From Dicyema japonicum (taxonomy: Eukaryota > Animalia > Dicyemida), in NCBI GenBank assembly GCA_011109175.1, contig RDEW01000013.1:475476-539475 (forward strand): a stretch of 64,000 nt of DNA, written 5' to 3'. Shown one piece after another: positions 13,686 to 25,971 of this stretch. The position numbers and the translations under genes were made by a program. The notes under the pieces are model-generated. The model was given only the letters and a program-made list of their open reading frames with translations, had not been told where the DNA came from and did no database searches. How positions within the stretch are numbered: position 1 is the first letter of the stretch; each line of letters starts with the position of its first letter.

Positions 13686-14333
13686 CTGCATAACCAGCCA
13701 GTGGAAGCTTTAAAATCATTTTCGTCCAGTGCTTTAGCAAACTCTGTAGTTTTTGCGATAATAATTGGTCCTGACAAAAGTTTTTGGAACGTGCAATCTG
13801 GAATTACTCCCAAGTGATTTTATTCAAATTTTCAAATTTGCAGTTGTTGTCAAAACGTTTTTAGCAGAATTTGCGTTATTATTGAATAATTCAAATAAAT
13901 ATCAGCTTTTTTAAGTATGTCTGATACAGTGCTGCATCCAACTCCATACTTCTTGCTGAGAATTTTTTGTGTCGGCTTAGGTGTTTGGTTTGATTCATTT
14001 ATTATTTGAATTTTCTTCTTTAAAGACAATTCGCAACATAATCGTTTTCTTTTCTATCATTTTTTAGTTTTTGATTTTCTGTCGTTGTTTACAATTCAAG
14101 GTTAAGACGATTAATAGGATTAGATCAAAGATTGATGTCAGAAGGCCGGTTTATGATAAAAGAAAATTCAAGTTGGGACCACAAAATACGGCCGGTATTC
14201 GGAATAGAGGAGATTTGATATATCGAAGATGAAATAGCAGTGATGGCCTATGAGGTGAATCGGAACCAGAAGTTTAGTCCGGTTTTAAAAAAATTCCGGT
14301 ATACCGAGGAGTCGGTTTGGAAGGGTTTTAATG
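13686..14333 (-). mobile_element. pogo/Tigger DNA transposon 5' fragment
   Basis: Reverse strand encodes ..LSKKYGVGCSTVSDILK.. and AKALDENDFKASTGWLCR (CENP-B-type HTH); terminus TA|CATTAAAACC. Confidence 0.75.
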
Positions 14334-14596
14334 TAATTAAAGTTGGGTCAATGCAGAAACAATATTATGACCTCTATAGAAGGAATTATAATTTAACAAA
14401 AGTGGAATTTCATGATTGGATCTGTTACATCAGACTCTAAATCATAGAAAGAGAAAAAGAGTTTAATTCACCACGTTTTATAAATATTAAATTTATTTGT
14501 TTCAATAAATAACTAAGGTTTTTGGATCTTAAGGTAGTGTAATCTTAAAATTTTCGACCGTAAGACTCTAAAAAAGATATTGTCTAAAATTTGTTA

Positions 14597-17361
14597 CTAA
14601 ATCATATTCTTTAAAATATTAGTTAGATTAATTTTATATTTGTGGTTCTTTTTTAGATGATTGGAGTTGGTCGATCCTACAAAAATGAAATATTATTACT
14701 CAAGCCATATTCGGTTAAAATACGTATTAGCAAGATGTTTCCTTTTCTTTTTCTCTAGTAAAACAGCTTTGGGATATCAGGGACCAAAATATCAATTAAC
14801 TTTTGAATCGAAAATATAACTTTCTGTTATTTTTCAAATAAAATTTAAACCTCAAAAATAATGATGAAGGCCAATTTTATTGCAAGTATTTTCCAATAAT
14901 AAAGAGTGTGAAGTCCGTTTTGATCTCTGAATCCGTGATATCTTAAAGAATAGCTATTGTGCTATACCTGCAACTGTTTCCATTAGAATTCAACATATGT
15001 CGATGTAGTAAAGTTGATGAAACCCTTCATATCACTCCTAAAGTCTATCTTGTAGACAACTCTTTCCAGAAAAGTGGAGTTAAAAGCAATCAGCGCTGCC
15101 TAAATGTAATTTTATTTAACTAACATTGATAAAAACACTAATTTTGACTAAAACGGTCAGAATTTCGTACCAAATACCGATATTCTTACACCTTGTTCCC
15201 ACCGTTCGTCGATAATAACTAACAAATTTAATGGCGTCTATTCTAATTTCAAAAATGTTGTTAATCAGGGAAAACAGGGGTAAAAGAGGAAACGCCATTG
15301 AAAATAAAACGATTAGACCGAACTGCAGAACTACCAGTGAATAAAACTCAAACCCATTTCAAGATATTCGTCCACCAATCCGGGATTCTCAAAAAGGAAG
15401 AAATCTCTTTCCCATGGCTTTGTATCTTGCTTAGGACTAGTGCTCGTTTTTAGTCTTGTTTTTATGTATCTAAGTATTATTTAAATCTATACGGAATTAA
15501 AATCTCGCTAATATTATTAAAGATATGTGTCCCCAAGACTATAACCCCAAGTTGAATCCCCAGATCATACATACACCCACTTTCACTACACTTTGACCTT
15601 AAAATTGATTATTCACCTGTTCAAGTCTCGTGTCAAATATTTTGTTGTAATTTCCCGGATAACCTGAAAATCTTGAGTGTTATCTTTAATATAGTACCTT
15701 CCCTTAAAAAAGGCAATGTAAACAAGGGGGGTGGAAAAATTGACAAATTGGAAAATAAAGACTTTGATTGCAAAATGATTTTCAAAAAGTCTTTTAGTTT
15801 TGTGCATTTCTATATATAAATTACAGTTACCCCATTCTGTTAATTTTCGTGCAAATTTTTTATACAAAAATCCCAGTATTTTAATGATTATAAAACTCAG
15901 GGAACTTCCAGTGATAGAAGCAATAAGCCTTGACCACTTTTTGATTTCACTTTCGTTTTTATAGATTAGTTTAGAAACTATGCTTCTATAGACCACCACG
16001 GAAATTGCCGAAATTATGGCCACAAAGGACTAGAATTGTTATTATATTCTGACCATCGATAATAGAACTGAAAAGATATTATTTTTCGTAAAACTAATTT
16101 TGAAAATTTTATATATGGTTCAAGGATGCCGGTCACTTGGTTTTTCAACTTTATTTTTGCCTTAGCTGCATATTGGGGTCGTATTTTTTTCTAAAATGAT
16201 AGGATTTACAACATGATCACTATCGAGCATTCCACATCCCCATGTTTGTTCATTATCATGCTCTTTCGCTTCCAAAATTCAAGAAATACAATCGCTAAAG
16301 TAAACATTGTTGTTACCCCAAATGGAAATAAAAACAGAGTAGCCAACAGATCCGTTGTTATCAAAAAAGTAACCAACTTTGTTCTCTAAACAGTAATTTT
16401 TTAGTTTCCAATGAGAGCAATTTTCGCATATAGAGCACATGGTGTCATTACTAGAACAATATTCGTAACTACAACAAGACCATTGATTACATTGGATTGA
16501 GTATCTCATAGATACACCTCCGTAAATAACACTATAACCCCACTAACTGCTGCCATTGCTAAAAATAATGTGTAGAATCCTTTAAATAACATAAATCCTC
16601 ACCAAGCCACGAAAAATACATTCCAACATGCTCTCCAAAATAATTGCATACAATGTCGATAGGTTGGGGGAGATAGACCTTTCTAAAATTAGCCCAATTC
16701 CTCTTCAGACACCCTCGCAAAGAAAGATATGTATGCTCAAGTATATAAATTTTTATTACGTCGTGTAATGGATAAGCGGCTTCGAATACCTTCTTTTCTA
16801 TTAATCCAGAAATTCCCACTTCTGATGAATCGTTTGGGTTTGTCTTGCACTCACAAAGTATTTCCCAGGCAACCTTTTGACGTTGCTTTGGAGAAAAAAA
16901 ACTGTCTTGGTTCTCAATTCCTTCATATCTAATATACTATAAGCGAATGACCTTTCACGATTTTGATCAACAAAGAAAATTTTGATGTAATTATTTACTT
17001 TCTGGGATTTGTTTAAAAGTCTCCGAGACAATGATTTTCTTTCGATTCCTTGTTCAACCTAAAATATGCAAGTCGTGAACTTTGATGGTTGCTAACAGTT
17101 TCATTAATTCTGCATATTTGCATAATAAATCAAATGGAATAAAGAGTTTAACAAAAGTTTGTCCAAATTCAGATGTTTCCTTGAATTATACTAAATTTAC
17201 ATTTTCCATCTCAACTCCTAAATTAATTAATTCCCTCAGAAAAAAGATTATAATTTCATTATTTTCTTCTTTATTATAAACAAGCACAAAATCTAGGATT
17301 ATCAGAGATTATTACCAATTATTCTCTTTCCGTCATTAAAGTATGATAGCTGTTGATCCAT
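14597..17361 (-). CDS. Anoctamin (TMEM16 family) with many short introns; 3' end approximate
   Basis: MDQQLSYFNDGKRIIDFVLVY start; AAYPLHD; QPIDIVCNYFGEHVGMYFSWLG; FQFVNFSTPLVYIAFFKG; FPLLPLFSLINNIFEIRIDAIKF; IGIWYEIL; VPDIP. Confidence 0.93.
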
Positions 17362-17519
17362 TTATTTTAATTCATAATGACAATTAAGTATTATATTATT
17401 GTCATGTTAACCATTATCAATCATTATTATAAAATTACTCCAAAATAACTAATTTAAATAACAAAAGTATTTAAATAATTAATAAAGTATGACCACATCT
17501 CTATAAAGCAGTCAGAAGA

Positions 17520-17825
17520 CTAATTGGTTGAGGATTTCTTTGCTTTGTCTGCTCCTTCTCTTCACTTTTTTACTAGAGTCGCTTCATTTGATCCACCTGT
17601 CTCAGGTGGTACTCAGTGACAGGCTCACACGAAAAAGGATCATTTTCTCTCCCCCACTCCACTGGGTTTCCAAAATTGTGTGGAATGGACGTCTTTTCCT
17701 TTTATATTGGTTCCGGATGGACTTGTGTGACGTTGAAGGACTCTATTTCTGTGACAGTAGAAACTGGATACACTTAACTAGTTGTCTACTGTTACCTTTT
17801 TTACGTTGCATCCTTGTTATTAAAT
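17520..17825 (+). mobile_element. Family A element copy
   Basis: TGATCCACCTGTCTCAGGTGG...GAAAAAGGATCA...GAAACTGGATACACTTAA, matching 60677-61001. Confidence 0.8.
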
Positions 17826-18167
17826 CCGAAGACTGTTTTGGATCGATCTATTGGATGGCTCTTCATCACTGGTGGAAGACTTGTAGACTACCCTTGACGG
17901 AGAAACAAGGAAGATCCTAGCACAATTACCCTCTGAACACTTTTTCCTAAGAAACGAATCGGGTTCTTGATCTCATCCGCCGGACCAATTATCATTAATT
18001 CTATAAAAAGCTATCTCCTGCTCGGGACCCCCGATAAACATCAGAGACCTGTGGAAGCGTCAAACACTAAATGCTGGAAGCTTGAGAACAGCCAGCTTCC
18101 TACAAGGTAGCGAGGTCAGGGCTAATAACAAATTGATTGTGATTAATAAATTGATTGTGATTTTTTT

Positions 18168-18470
18168 GGCCGGGTGGCGCATTGTAACGGTTGCCGGGCA
18201 AGAGGCCAGAAGGTCGGTATTTCGAATCACGATACTGCACATTTCGGTTTAAAGTTCCACGAATCAATATGCTTTGGCTTAACGAGTGACGCCGTCATCA
18301 GTGAACTTGACTGCGGAACCGGATCGTCTATAAAAAACATACACCCAAGAAAAAGAAGTGAAGAGCATTCCTTGATCCTCCCTCGATTAGCTATTATAAC
18401 TGTTCTTTGTTAAAATAAAGTGTGTGTTCTGCCTGAAGGCGATAACAGATATGGTCCTCGGAAAGCTCAC
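18168..18470 (+). mobile_element. tRNA-derived SINE (family B)
   Basis: GCCGGGTGGCGCATTG A-box, TTCGAATC B-box, conserved core ACGAGTGACGCCGTCATCAGTGAAC. Confidence 0.8.
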
Positions 18471-18800
18471 AATACCATCCCATGTTAGTATGATTGGTAG
18501 CATTGTGGATAGATGCCAATTCACTGGTCATTTTGTGTAGGTTTTCAACCTCGACTTGTTTCAACGTCTGTTGAGAGGTGATTCCCATTTTGATAAGCGT
18601 AATTAAATTCCTCCTTTTGTCTACTACAAATATATCTGGTTTGTTGTTTTGTATCTGTGCTTATTGCTGCATCCACTTGAATCTCGACTGATTCATTCAC
18701 AACTACTGATTGCACAGAATGTGTTATCAGTTTCTTGGATTTTTTACAAAATTTCCTAAAAGTTGATACGGCATTTTCTTCGTATGTATCCTACAATCTA
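18471..18800 (-). mobile_element. R4-like RLE fragment
   Basis: GITSQQTLKQVEVENLHK; NNKPDIFVVDK-like on the reverse strand. Confidence 0.65.
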
Positions 18801-19029
18801 GAGGGATTAACCTCACTTGACATATTTGGGAGTATAGCTCATCTATAGCATCTTTTTAGTATGATATTTTTGATTTTTGGACACATTTCCAGAGGACATC
18901 GTACGTCGGCAGCAGGCTTTTTGGCTTTGCGGGGCAAAATTTTATTTTTATGAAATGCGGGCCAAATGTGAAAATTATTAAATTTTTAATACTGAATTTA
19001 TTTATTTAACCTTTTGTACCCACTTTATT

Positions 19030-19950
19030 TAACCAACATTAAAAAGTTAATATTTAATAATCAACAACCTTCCTCGCCTGCTTGTTCTCCAGCCTCCTCA
19101 GGCAGGTTCAATTCTGGTTGCTGAAACAACTACGAGAGCGCCTTGTCCAATTGAACCCTCTGTCCATATGGCATCTCCGGGCTCTGCCTCCTATACTCCA
19201 GTGTCAGGCTCCACTTAATACAGTGGGTCCGCTTTAATACAGTGGACTATAGATAGGCCTGGAGATTCCTATCTACCCCTAACTGCTTCAGATAACTCTT
19301 GTGGTACTTTGTTGCAATTCCTTCCCACGTCATTACTATTGAATAACGAGGACCTCGCAACAAAGCATCTGACCCATCTCGTTTGTAAGCAATTCATTCT
19401 TCTTTTTTTCTCAACCTCAATAGTCTGCAAACGGTGTTGAGACGTAATGACAACTTCTATGATAAGGGCTTGGCCAGACTCTTTGTCGTGTACCACAATG
19501 TCCGGCTTATTGTGCTTGACTAGCACCGAGGTACAGATAACACTGTCTACCTTAATTTGGACCCTGGTATTATCTGCTACAGATTGCACCTTATGAGTCC
19601 CCAACTTTCTGGTGTGGCGAATACCATATTTATTGCATAGTAGAAGATGAAGACTCCTCACTACCTCGTTATGCCTCCACACATAGTCGTGGCAGAGCAT
19701 GGATCCACACGAGTGGCTAAATAATCAACCGACATTCTCCTTGACTTACAATGGGGATATGTATTTGTTGATTGACCTCAAAAAATATTGCGGTCTTTCA
19801 TATACGTGTACAGCGCCTCTGATCGAGGTGAGTTGTCACCGTATTTTAGCCATATTGTCGACGACTTATGGTCGACATGTGGGTTGTGCAATGCTCTGAG
19901 GAGGACCTTATGAAGGCTATTTAAGTTGATCTTTTCCATCAAATTATTAT
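19030..19950 (-). mobile_element. R4-like element 3' fragment
   Basis: MLCHDYVWRHNEVVRSLH..HNKPDIVVHDK..IIEV. Confidence 0.8.
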
Positions 19951-19999
19951 ATTGTAATCTTTAAAAAGACAGAAAATAGAAAAAATATATCATAACAGA

Positions 20000-21570
20000 G
20001 TTATATATTCGACATTATAAATTCATATAATTTTTGCATGCCAAAATGCATCCACGGAGAATCTTTCCAAATCATATAACATTAATTGAAGTCCAATCCA
20101 AGGCAGTAGTAAAAGAATATTTATGGAAATTGGCTTAATCTAACCGAAAAACAAATATCCCACAACCACAGCACAGAGGAGGACTGCAATTTCAGAATTG
20201 TGAATATAACCAAAAAAAGGACCTGTCAGAGCATAAAAGAACACAAGGACAAAAGATGGCTGCATCTAGTTAACCACCTCGACAGGAAAAGTACATCCCG
20301 ACATTTCTGGAAAACTCTTAAACAAGTCAAGTCGGAGCTGGATGATGCAGACGGAACCGGAAAGTTTTCTCCTGAACACTTATGCCACCTACATCCTAAC
20401 ACCCTTATGAAACATTACGCTGGAATTAGCTTCAAACCATTCTCGAAACACCTGGACATTAAGGTGCGTGCCCATATATCGAAGAAGGAACCTTACCACG
20501 AACTATTCACAGATGACCAAGTCTTGGATGTGATCACCAGATTAAAGAGCTCACGGGCGTGCGGGCCTGACAAAGTATCTTCTATTCACCTAAAACACCT
20601 AAGCCACTACGCAATTGGCTACCTCACGCATATATACAACCTGTCCATTAACTATAATATTATTCCCAAGATTTGGATGAATTCTATCATCAGACCGATA
20701 TTGAAGGCTGGGAAACCAGAGACAGAACCTGCCTCTTACAGGCCTATTTCCGTTACCAGCACACTGTCAAAAATTATGGAGAAACTTGTATTATCAGTCA
20801 TATTCCGTATCTCCCACGTCCTATATTTCAACATGGTTTCCTCCGCGGTAGGTCCACCGCTACATACTTGGCAACCCTATCGCAGTTCATTGCCGACGGT
20901 TTTAACACCCATCTCCCGCCTCACAAACGCACAATCTTGGATTCTATTGACATCAACTACGCCTTTGACACTGTCCTTGGAGTCAAGTACGACAGTCTAC
21001 TCAATTTCAACTCCCACGCAAAAGACATGATTACCAGGGGCCTCCAGAAAATTAACGTTTTACGCGCCCTTGTCCGGAGGACCACGAGGAACATGGACTT
21101 TTCCGTTTCTACCCTCTACCAACAAACAATCGCGCCTGCCGTTGAGTATGCCTCCGTTGCATGGAGATTCGCGCTATCGGAGTCTATGGTCCAAAGAGTC
21201 AACTCGATACACCGGAAAACAATCAGTATGCTTTGCCCACGTAATGGATCAACAGTCGACCCACTACTCATGGAAGCTAAGATCCGTAGTGTGGCTCCGG
21301 ATTTCTTCGCATCTGTGAGGAAAATGGAAATCCGCTTCGCCTGATCCTTTCCATGGCAAGAGAAAACCGATTGGATAAGAAATTCCCCTCCCTGATCGGA
21401 TTCCTCTGCAAGACCGAGAGAAGGCTCTTCCGGAAAGTAGTGGGGACGATGGAAGATCACAGACGTCGAATGGCACAATTGATTGCGAGGACTGGGATCA
21501 CCTAACTGTTTGACTCTTTTGTCTTTCTTTCTCGGTGTTCCCGGGTTATTAAAATAAATAAATTAAAAAA
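20000..21570 (+). mobile_element. Ingi/Vingi-like LINE, 5'-truncated, deleted
   Basis: ACGPDKV, SYRPISVTS, FQHGFLRG, IDINYAFD; 3' tail CTGGGATCACCTAA..TTCTCGGTGTTCCCGGGTTATTAAAATAAATAAA. Confidence 0.85.
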
Positions 21571-21855
21571 AGTAAACCGAGTGAGGCATCAGAAAGTTCC
21601 TGGTCAGATGAGATAATTCGTAGTTGATCGATTATTTTTGAATTCATGCTGGAACGGTTGATTAGAAGATTTTTCCAGACTTTACAAGGGCGAGCTTCTC
21701 TAAGAATTTGGACGCTAAAAAACTGCACTAATACGGAGAGTTGTAACTTTCATCTTCGATCCATGTATAAAGTCCTGTTAAGTGTTGGATCGAGTCCTCT
21801 GACGTTGAAAGTTGCAATTGTATAGAATAGACAGACTGAAAATAAGATAAAGACA

Positions 21856-22192
21856 TTTATTTTTTTTATTTTATCAACCCCGGATACACAGAGAAAGAAG
21901 TTAAATTAAACAACTAATTAGTGTATCCAGTTTCCACTTCTACAGAAAGAGTTCATCCGGAATCAACATAAAAGGTAAAAGACGTCCATAGTTGCAGTTG
22001 TGGAAACCCCTCCAGTGGAGTGGGAGAGAGCAAATGATCCTTTTTACAGAGCAAATGCCAGGCACTGGGCGCCACCTAGACAGGTGAATCACATGACGCC
22101 ACTCTAATAGGAAAAGAGAAGAGAAACAGACAAACAAACATAAAACTTAGACTAATTAGCCACGCAGCACCACATGGCGCCAGGCGGCGTAA
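21856..22192 (-). mobile_element. Family A element, near full length
   Basis: Highly similar reverse complement of 60677-61001. Confidence 0.9.
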
Positions 22193-22346
22193 GCAATTTA
22201 ATAATAATAAGAGACATGTCAACCACTCAATCAACACTAATAAAAGAAATAATTATTTTTTAAGATATGTTAATTTAATTTTTCGTCTCAGAAATTATTA
22301 AATAATTCATATAATTAAAAAACTTTTAGTTTCCTAGGGAATAATA

Positions 22347-24582
22347 ATGCCAAAAGGAAAAAAGCAATTAGACATATTATCAAAGACTGATGGATTAAAT
22401 GATAATTCAGACACTCAAAGAGACGTTAATGATATGGAACAGGATTATGAAAACACTATTGATGAGAGTCCTCCGTTGATATCCTTACTTATTAAAGAGT
22501 ATTATGATTTTAAAATGTAGTTATATAGGGTTTGAAGATGGACTTTTGGATGGATTTGGTAAAGTCTACTATACTGATGGGCATATTTATGAAGTAAAAT
22601 CAAGTGAAATGTTTAGGGAACGTTTGTGAATGGACAAATGGATGGAAAGGGAATTATATTTTGGCCTGATGGAGTTAAATATGAAGTTTGACTATTAAAA
22701 TCATATTTAGGGCGATTTTTGTATGAACGAAATAACTGGGATTGGAAAGTACACGTGGCCAAATGGAAAGTAGTTAATTAATATTATTTAGTTTTTATGA
22801 AGGGGAAGTCATTGGAGGTGTGAGAAATGGAAATGGAAAATTTACGTATTCAAACGGATCATTTTACATTGGAGATTGGGTTAAGGGAAAAAAACACGGA
22901 TTTGGATATTTTAAAGATGTGGACCAAAGTTATGAGGGAATGTGGACCAATGATTTGCCGAATGGATACGGAATTAGACAGTACTCTAATAGAGATACTT
23001 ATGAAGGAATCTTTGTTCGTGGAATTCGTCATGGAAAAGGAAAAATGAACTGGAAAACCTTAAAACAATCATATATCGGAGATTGGAAGTTTAATCACAA
23101 GGTTAGATTTAGTTTGACGACAAAAAGACTGGGAGAGGTACTTACACGTGGTATATCGAAAATACAAACAGATTGCCATCTCACAATGAATACATTGGGG
23201 ATTTGATTGATGACAAAAAACATGGTGATGGGACATTTTATTATGCCGACGGAGCTATTTTTGAGGGAAAATTCTATAACGACAAAAAACATGGAAAAGT
23301 TTATTTTTATTTTTTTATTGAAGGGACGACTTACATTTAAAAATGGACGATATTTTGAAGGAAATTTTTGGGAAGATCAACTATGTCATATTTCTCTCAT
23401 TCCTTCGGATCTCGTTGGTGAAATCTCTGAAAAGGTTGTGAGTTCTAAAAATCCGCTTCCTGTCGGTTATATGTACAATTTGAGTTTGTAGTAAATTCCT
23501 ATATCAAAAATATAGATAATCTCAACCAAGTAATTTCTGTTTATGTAAATATTCCAATTTTAAAAGAATTAACACCTTCAATTTTTGAGAATTTCCCTTC
23601 TGTTATTTATTTTTCATAGTTTTAGATTATCAAGATTATCAACCTTCATCTTAACTTCTTCCGAAATGTTTTCCAACAATATGGTGGATTAGCGGTGGAT
23701 AAAGAAAATATTAGATTTGTTATATACAATTATCAATTCTGGCAAATAATGAAAGACTGTATATTTGATGATGTTGACTATTCCGTGGCTGATTTAGCAT
23801 TTCTACTTTCCATGTCGGGCAGCAGTATTTTTGACCCAAATGAAAAGATTCTATTTGAAACTTTTATTTCTTATATTATAATTCTGGCTCAGAAAATCAT
23901 ACAATCGCATGATCCTGCAATTCGTTTCAAAATATTGGTAGAATCAAAAATGATTCCCAATGCGGTTAAACCTCATAAAGGTAATTGAATTATGTAAATA
24001 TAAGGGATAATCTTCCAGGAACGGAAAATGACTGGAAAAGTATTTCAACACTTTGAGAGGACTTACAATATTTATAAAGAACATTTAATAAAAGTTAAAT
24101 TATTGCTTTATTTCAGAATAATCGGTTTTGTACGTGGAGAGATTTATTGTTGTTGATTAATGTAAAATTAAAATAATTTAAGGATTTTCGGATATTTACT
24201 AATCACTGTTCATGTCTCCATGTTTTATCATTAATGGCAGAGATTGATTCACATTTGGTTGATGAGTTCAACCACTACTCTTTGGAGAGGACAGTTTTTG
24301 TTATATTTATTTTAGTTAACATTTTTGGACTTTTTTGAATGTCTTGTCCTTTTGTCTAAAGTTTACGTGACGGACCAAATGCTTTTAAATTCACGTCATG
24401 TTTCTCAAATTGAAAATAATATTGAGTCTAATAATGAAGAAAAGGCCATTTTAGAAATTCAAAAGGATGATTTGAAGAGATTCACCGATTGGACACACCA
24501 GCTAAATTATTTCTTTGTTGACATCTTTTATCCTCGTGCAGAGGCTTTATCAAAAATTAAACTGATTTCAAGAAATTTATAA
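22347..24582 (+). CDS. RSPH10B: MORN-repeat protein, radial spoke head 10 homolog B-like, many short introns
   Basis: Tandem MORN repeats (YEGxWxxGxxHGxG); C-terminal DFFECLVLLSKVYVTDQML and WTHQLNYFFVDIF resemble RSPH10B. Confidence 0.82.
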
Positions 24583-24899
24583 TACATTAATATAAATTAA
24601 TAAATATTAACTATTTCCTTTTAAAATTGAATCGGAAAAGTATATCCATAATCTCTTGATCAGAGTCCTCAGCACTAAAGAAACTGGCCACTTTTATGGT
24701 TCAATCGTCATATATAGATGAATACTGACAGATTTATTTTGTTATTTGCTAGCCACAGGCGTACAATCTTTGGTAACCCCTAGCAAAAACAGTCATAGGT
24801 AATCCAAGGAGGGAAGGCAAGGGAGAACGTCTGCTTGTGACAACCAAATTAATCCCCCAATAATACATTGCAGGCTTACGTCAGTTTCTGTAGAGAGGT

Positions 24900-25105
24900 G
24901 AAAAAAATAGGTCCTCTCTCTTCAAGGTTCTACCGAATAGGTCCTACCGTCACGGATACGTAACTCCTATCGTCAAATAATCTTCAAAATCGCATTTTAA
25001 CTATAATATAAAAATCAAAATTTCGATTTTTTATCTAGAAACTCGCCCACGTGGTTCCTTTATTTAACTGGGATGAATTTACCGGCGATGAATTTACCGG
25101 TTACC
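24900..25105. mobile_element. Probable terminal fragment of a DNA transposon with short subterminal repeats
   Basis: AATAGGTCCT x2 and GATGAATTTACCGG x2 ending in GGTTACC; the partner end was not found. Confidence 0.35.
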
Positions 25106-25144
25106 AATTGTGAGACCGTTGATCTAATTATAAAATAATAATTT

Positions 25145-25750
25145 AATAAAGGATCTACTTAAAAGCCTTAAAAAGCCTTATGAGCATTGGAAATCCCCAC
25201 ATCGACCTTAACTCGTCGACATGTTATCCAAATTAAGTCGTATCCGACCTTTGGAGATCTCATGAGCCAATTTGGAGTAGCCTTGATATAGGCATTCCCG
25301 TGAAGTCTTTTACCGTGGATAGCCACTGAGTCCTCGGTCGACCAAGTCTTCTCTTCCCAGTAATATTGCTCAGCATAATGGTTCTTTCCAGTAAATCAGA
25401 GCGGACAACATGCCCAAAGAACGCCAATCTGTGTTTTACGATTCTTCCTTCTAGCGAAATGTCCGTCTCCACCCGTTTGAGTACATCGGTGTTTGTTATT
25501 TTGGAAGTCCAAGGGATTCTTAGTAAACTCCTCCAGCACCAAAGTTCAAAAGCATAAGTCGACAACATGGCTATAATGTGGTGACAACTCACCTCGATAG
25601 AAGTGTTATACACGTATATGCAAGACCCAATATTTTTTGGGGGTCGATCAACAAATACATGTCACAATTGTATGTCAAAGAGGATTTCGGCTTATCATAT
25701 AGCCACTCAGTGCGAATCCATGCTCTGCCAAGATTATGTGTGGAGGCATA
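25145..25750 (+). mobile_element. R4-like fragment interrupted by an RTE piece
   Basis: Colinear with the reverse complement of 19670-19930. Confidence 0.7.
25222..25557 (-). mobile_element. RTE (BovB-like) 3' fragment
   Basis: AFELWCWRSLLRIPWTSKITN; flanked by GTCGACA (25215-25221 / 25558-25564). Confidence 0.88.
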
Positions 25751-25970
25751 ATATCGCTGCTGTAAATTCCGGCTGAAGGTTCCACACATCTTGATTCTCT
25801 TGCTTGACGAGTGACGCCGTCATCAGTGAACATCTCACTGCGGAACCTGATCGTCTACAAAAGGACTCACACCGACAAAAAGAACAGAAACAAGTGAAAA
25901 GCATTCCTTGGTTCTTTCTAATCGATTAGTTACGATAACCTCTTTACTTAAAATAAAATGTTTGTCCTGT
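25750..25970 (+). mobile_element. Family B SINE, partial
   Basis: GCTTGACGAGTGACGCCGTCATCAGTGAACATCTCACTGCGG core. Confidence 0.8.
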
Positions 25971-25971
25971 C

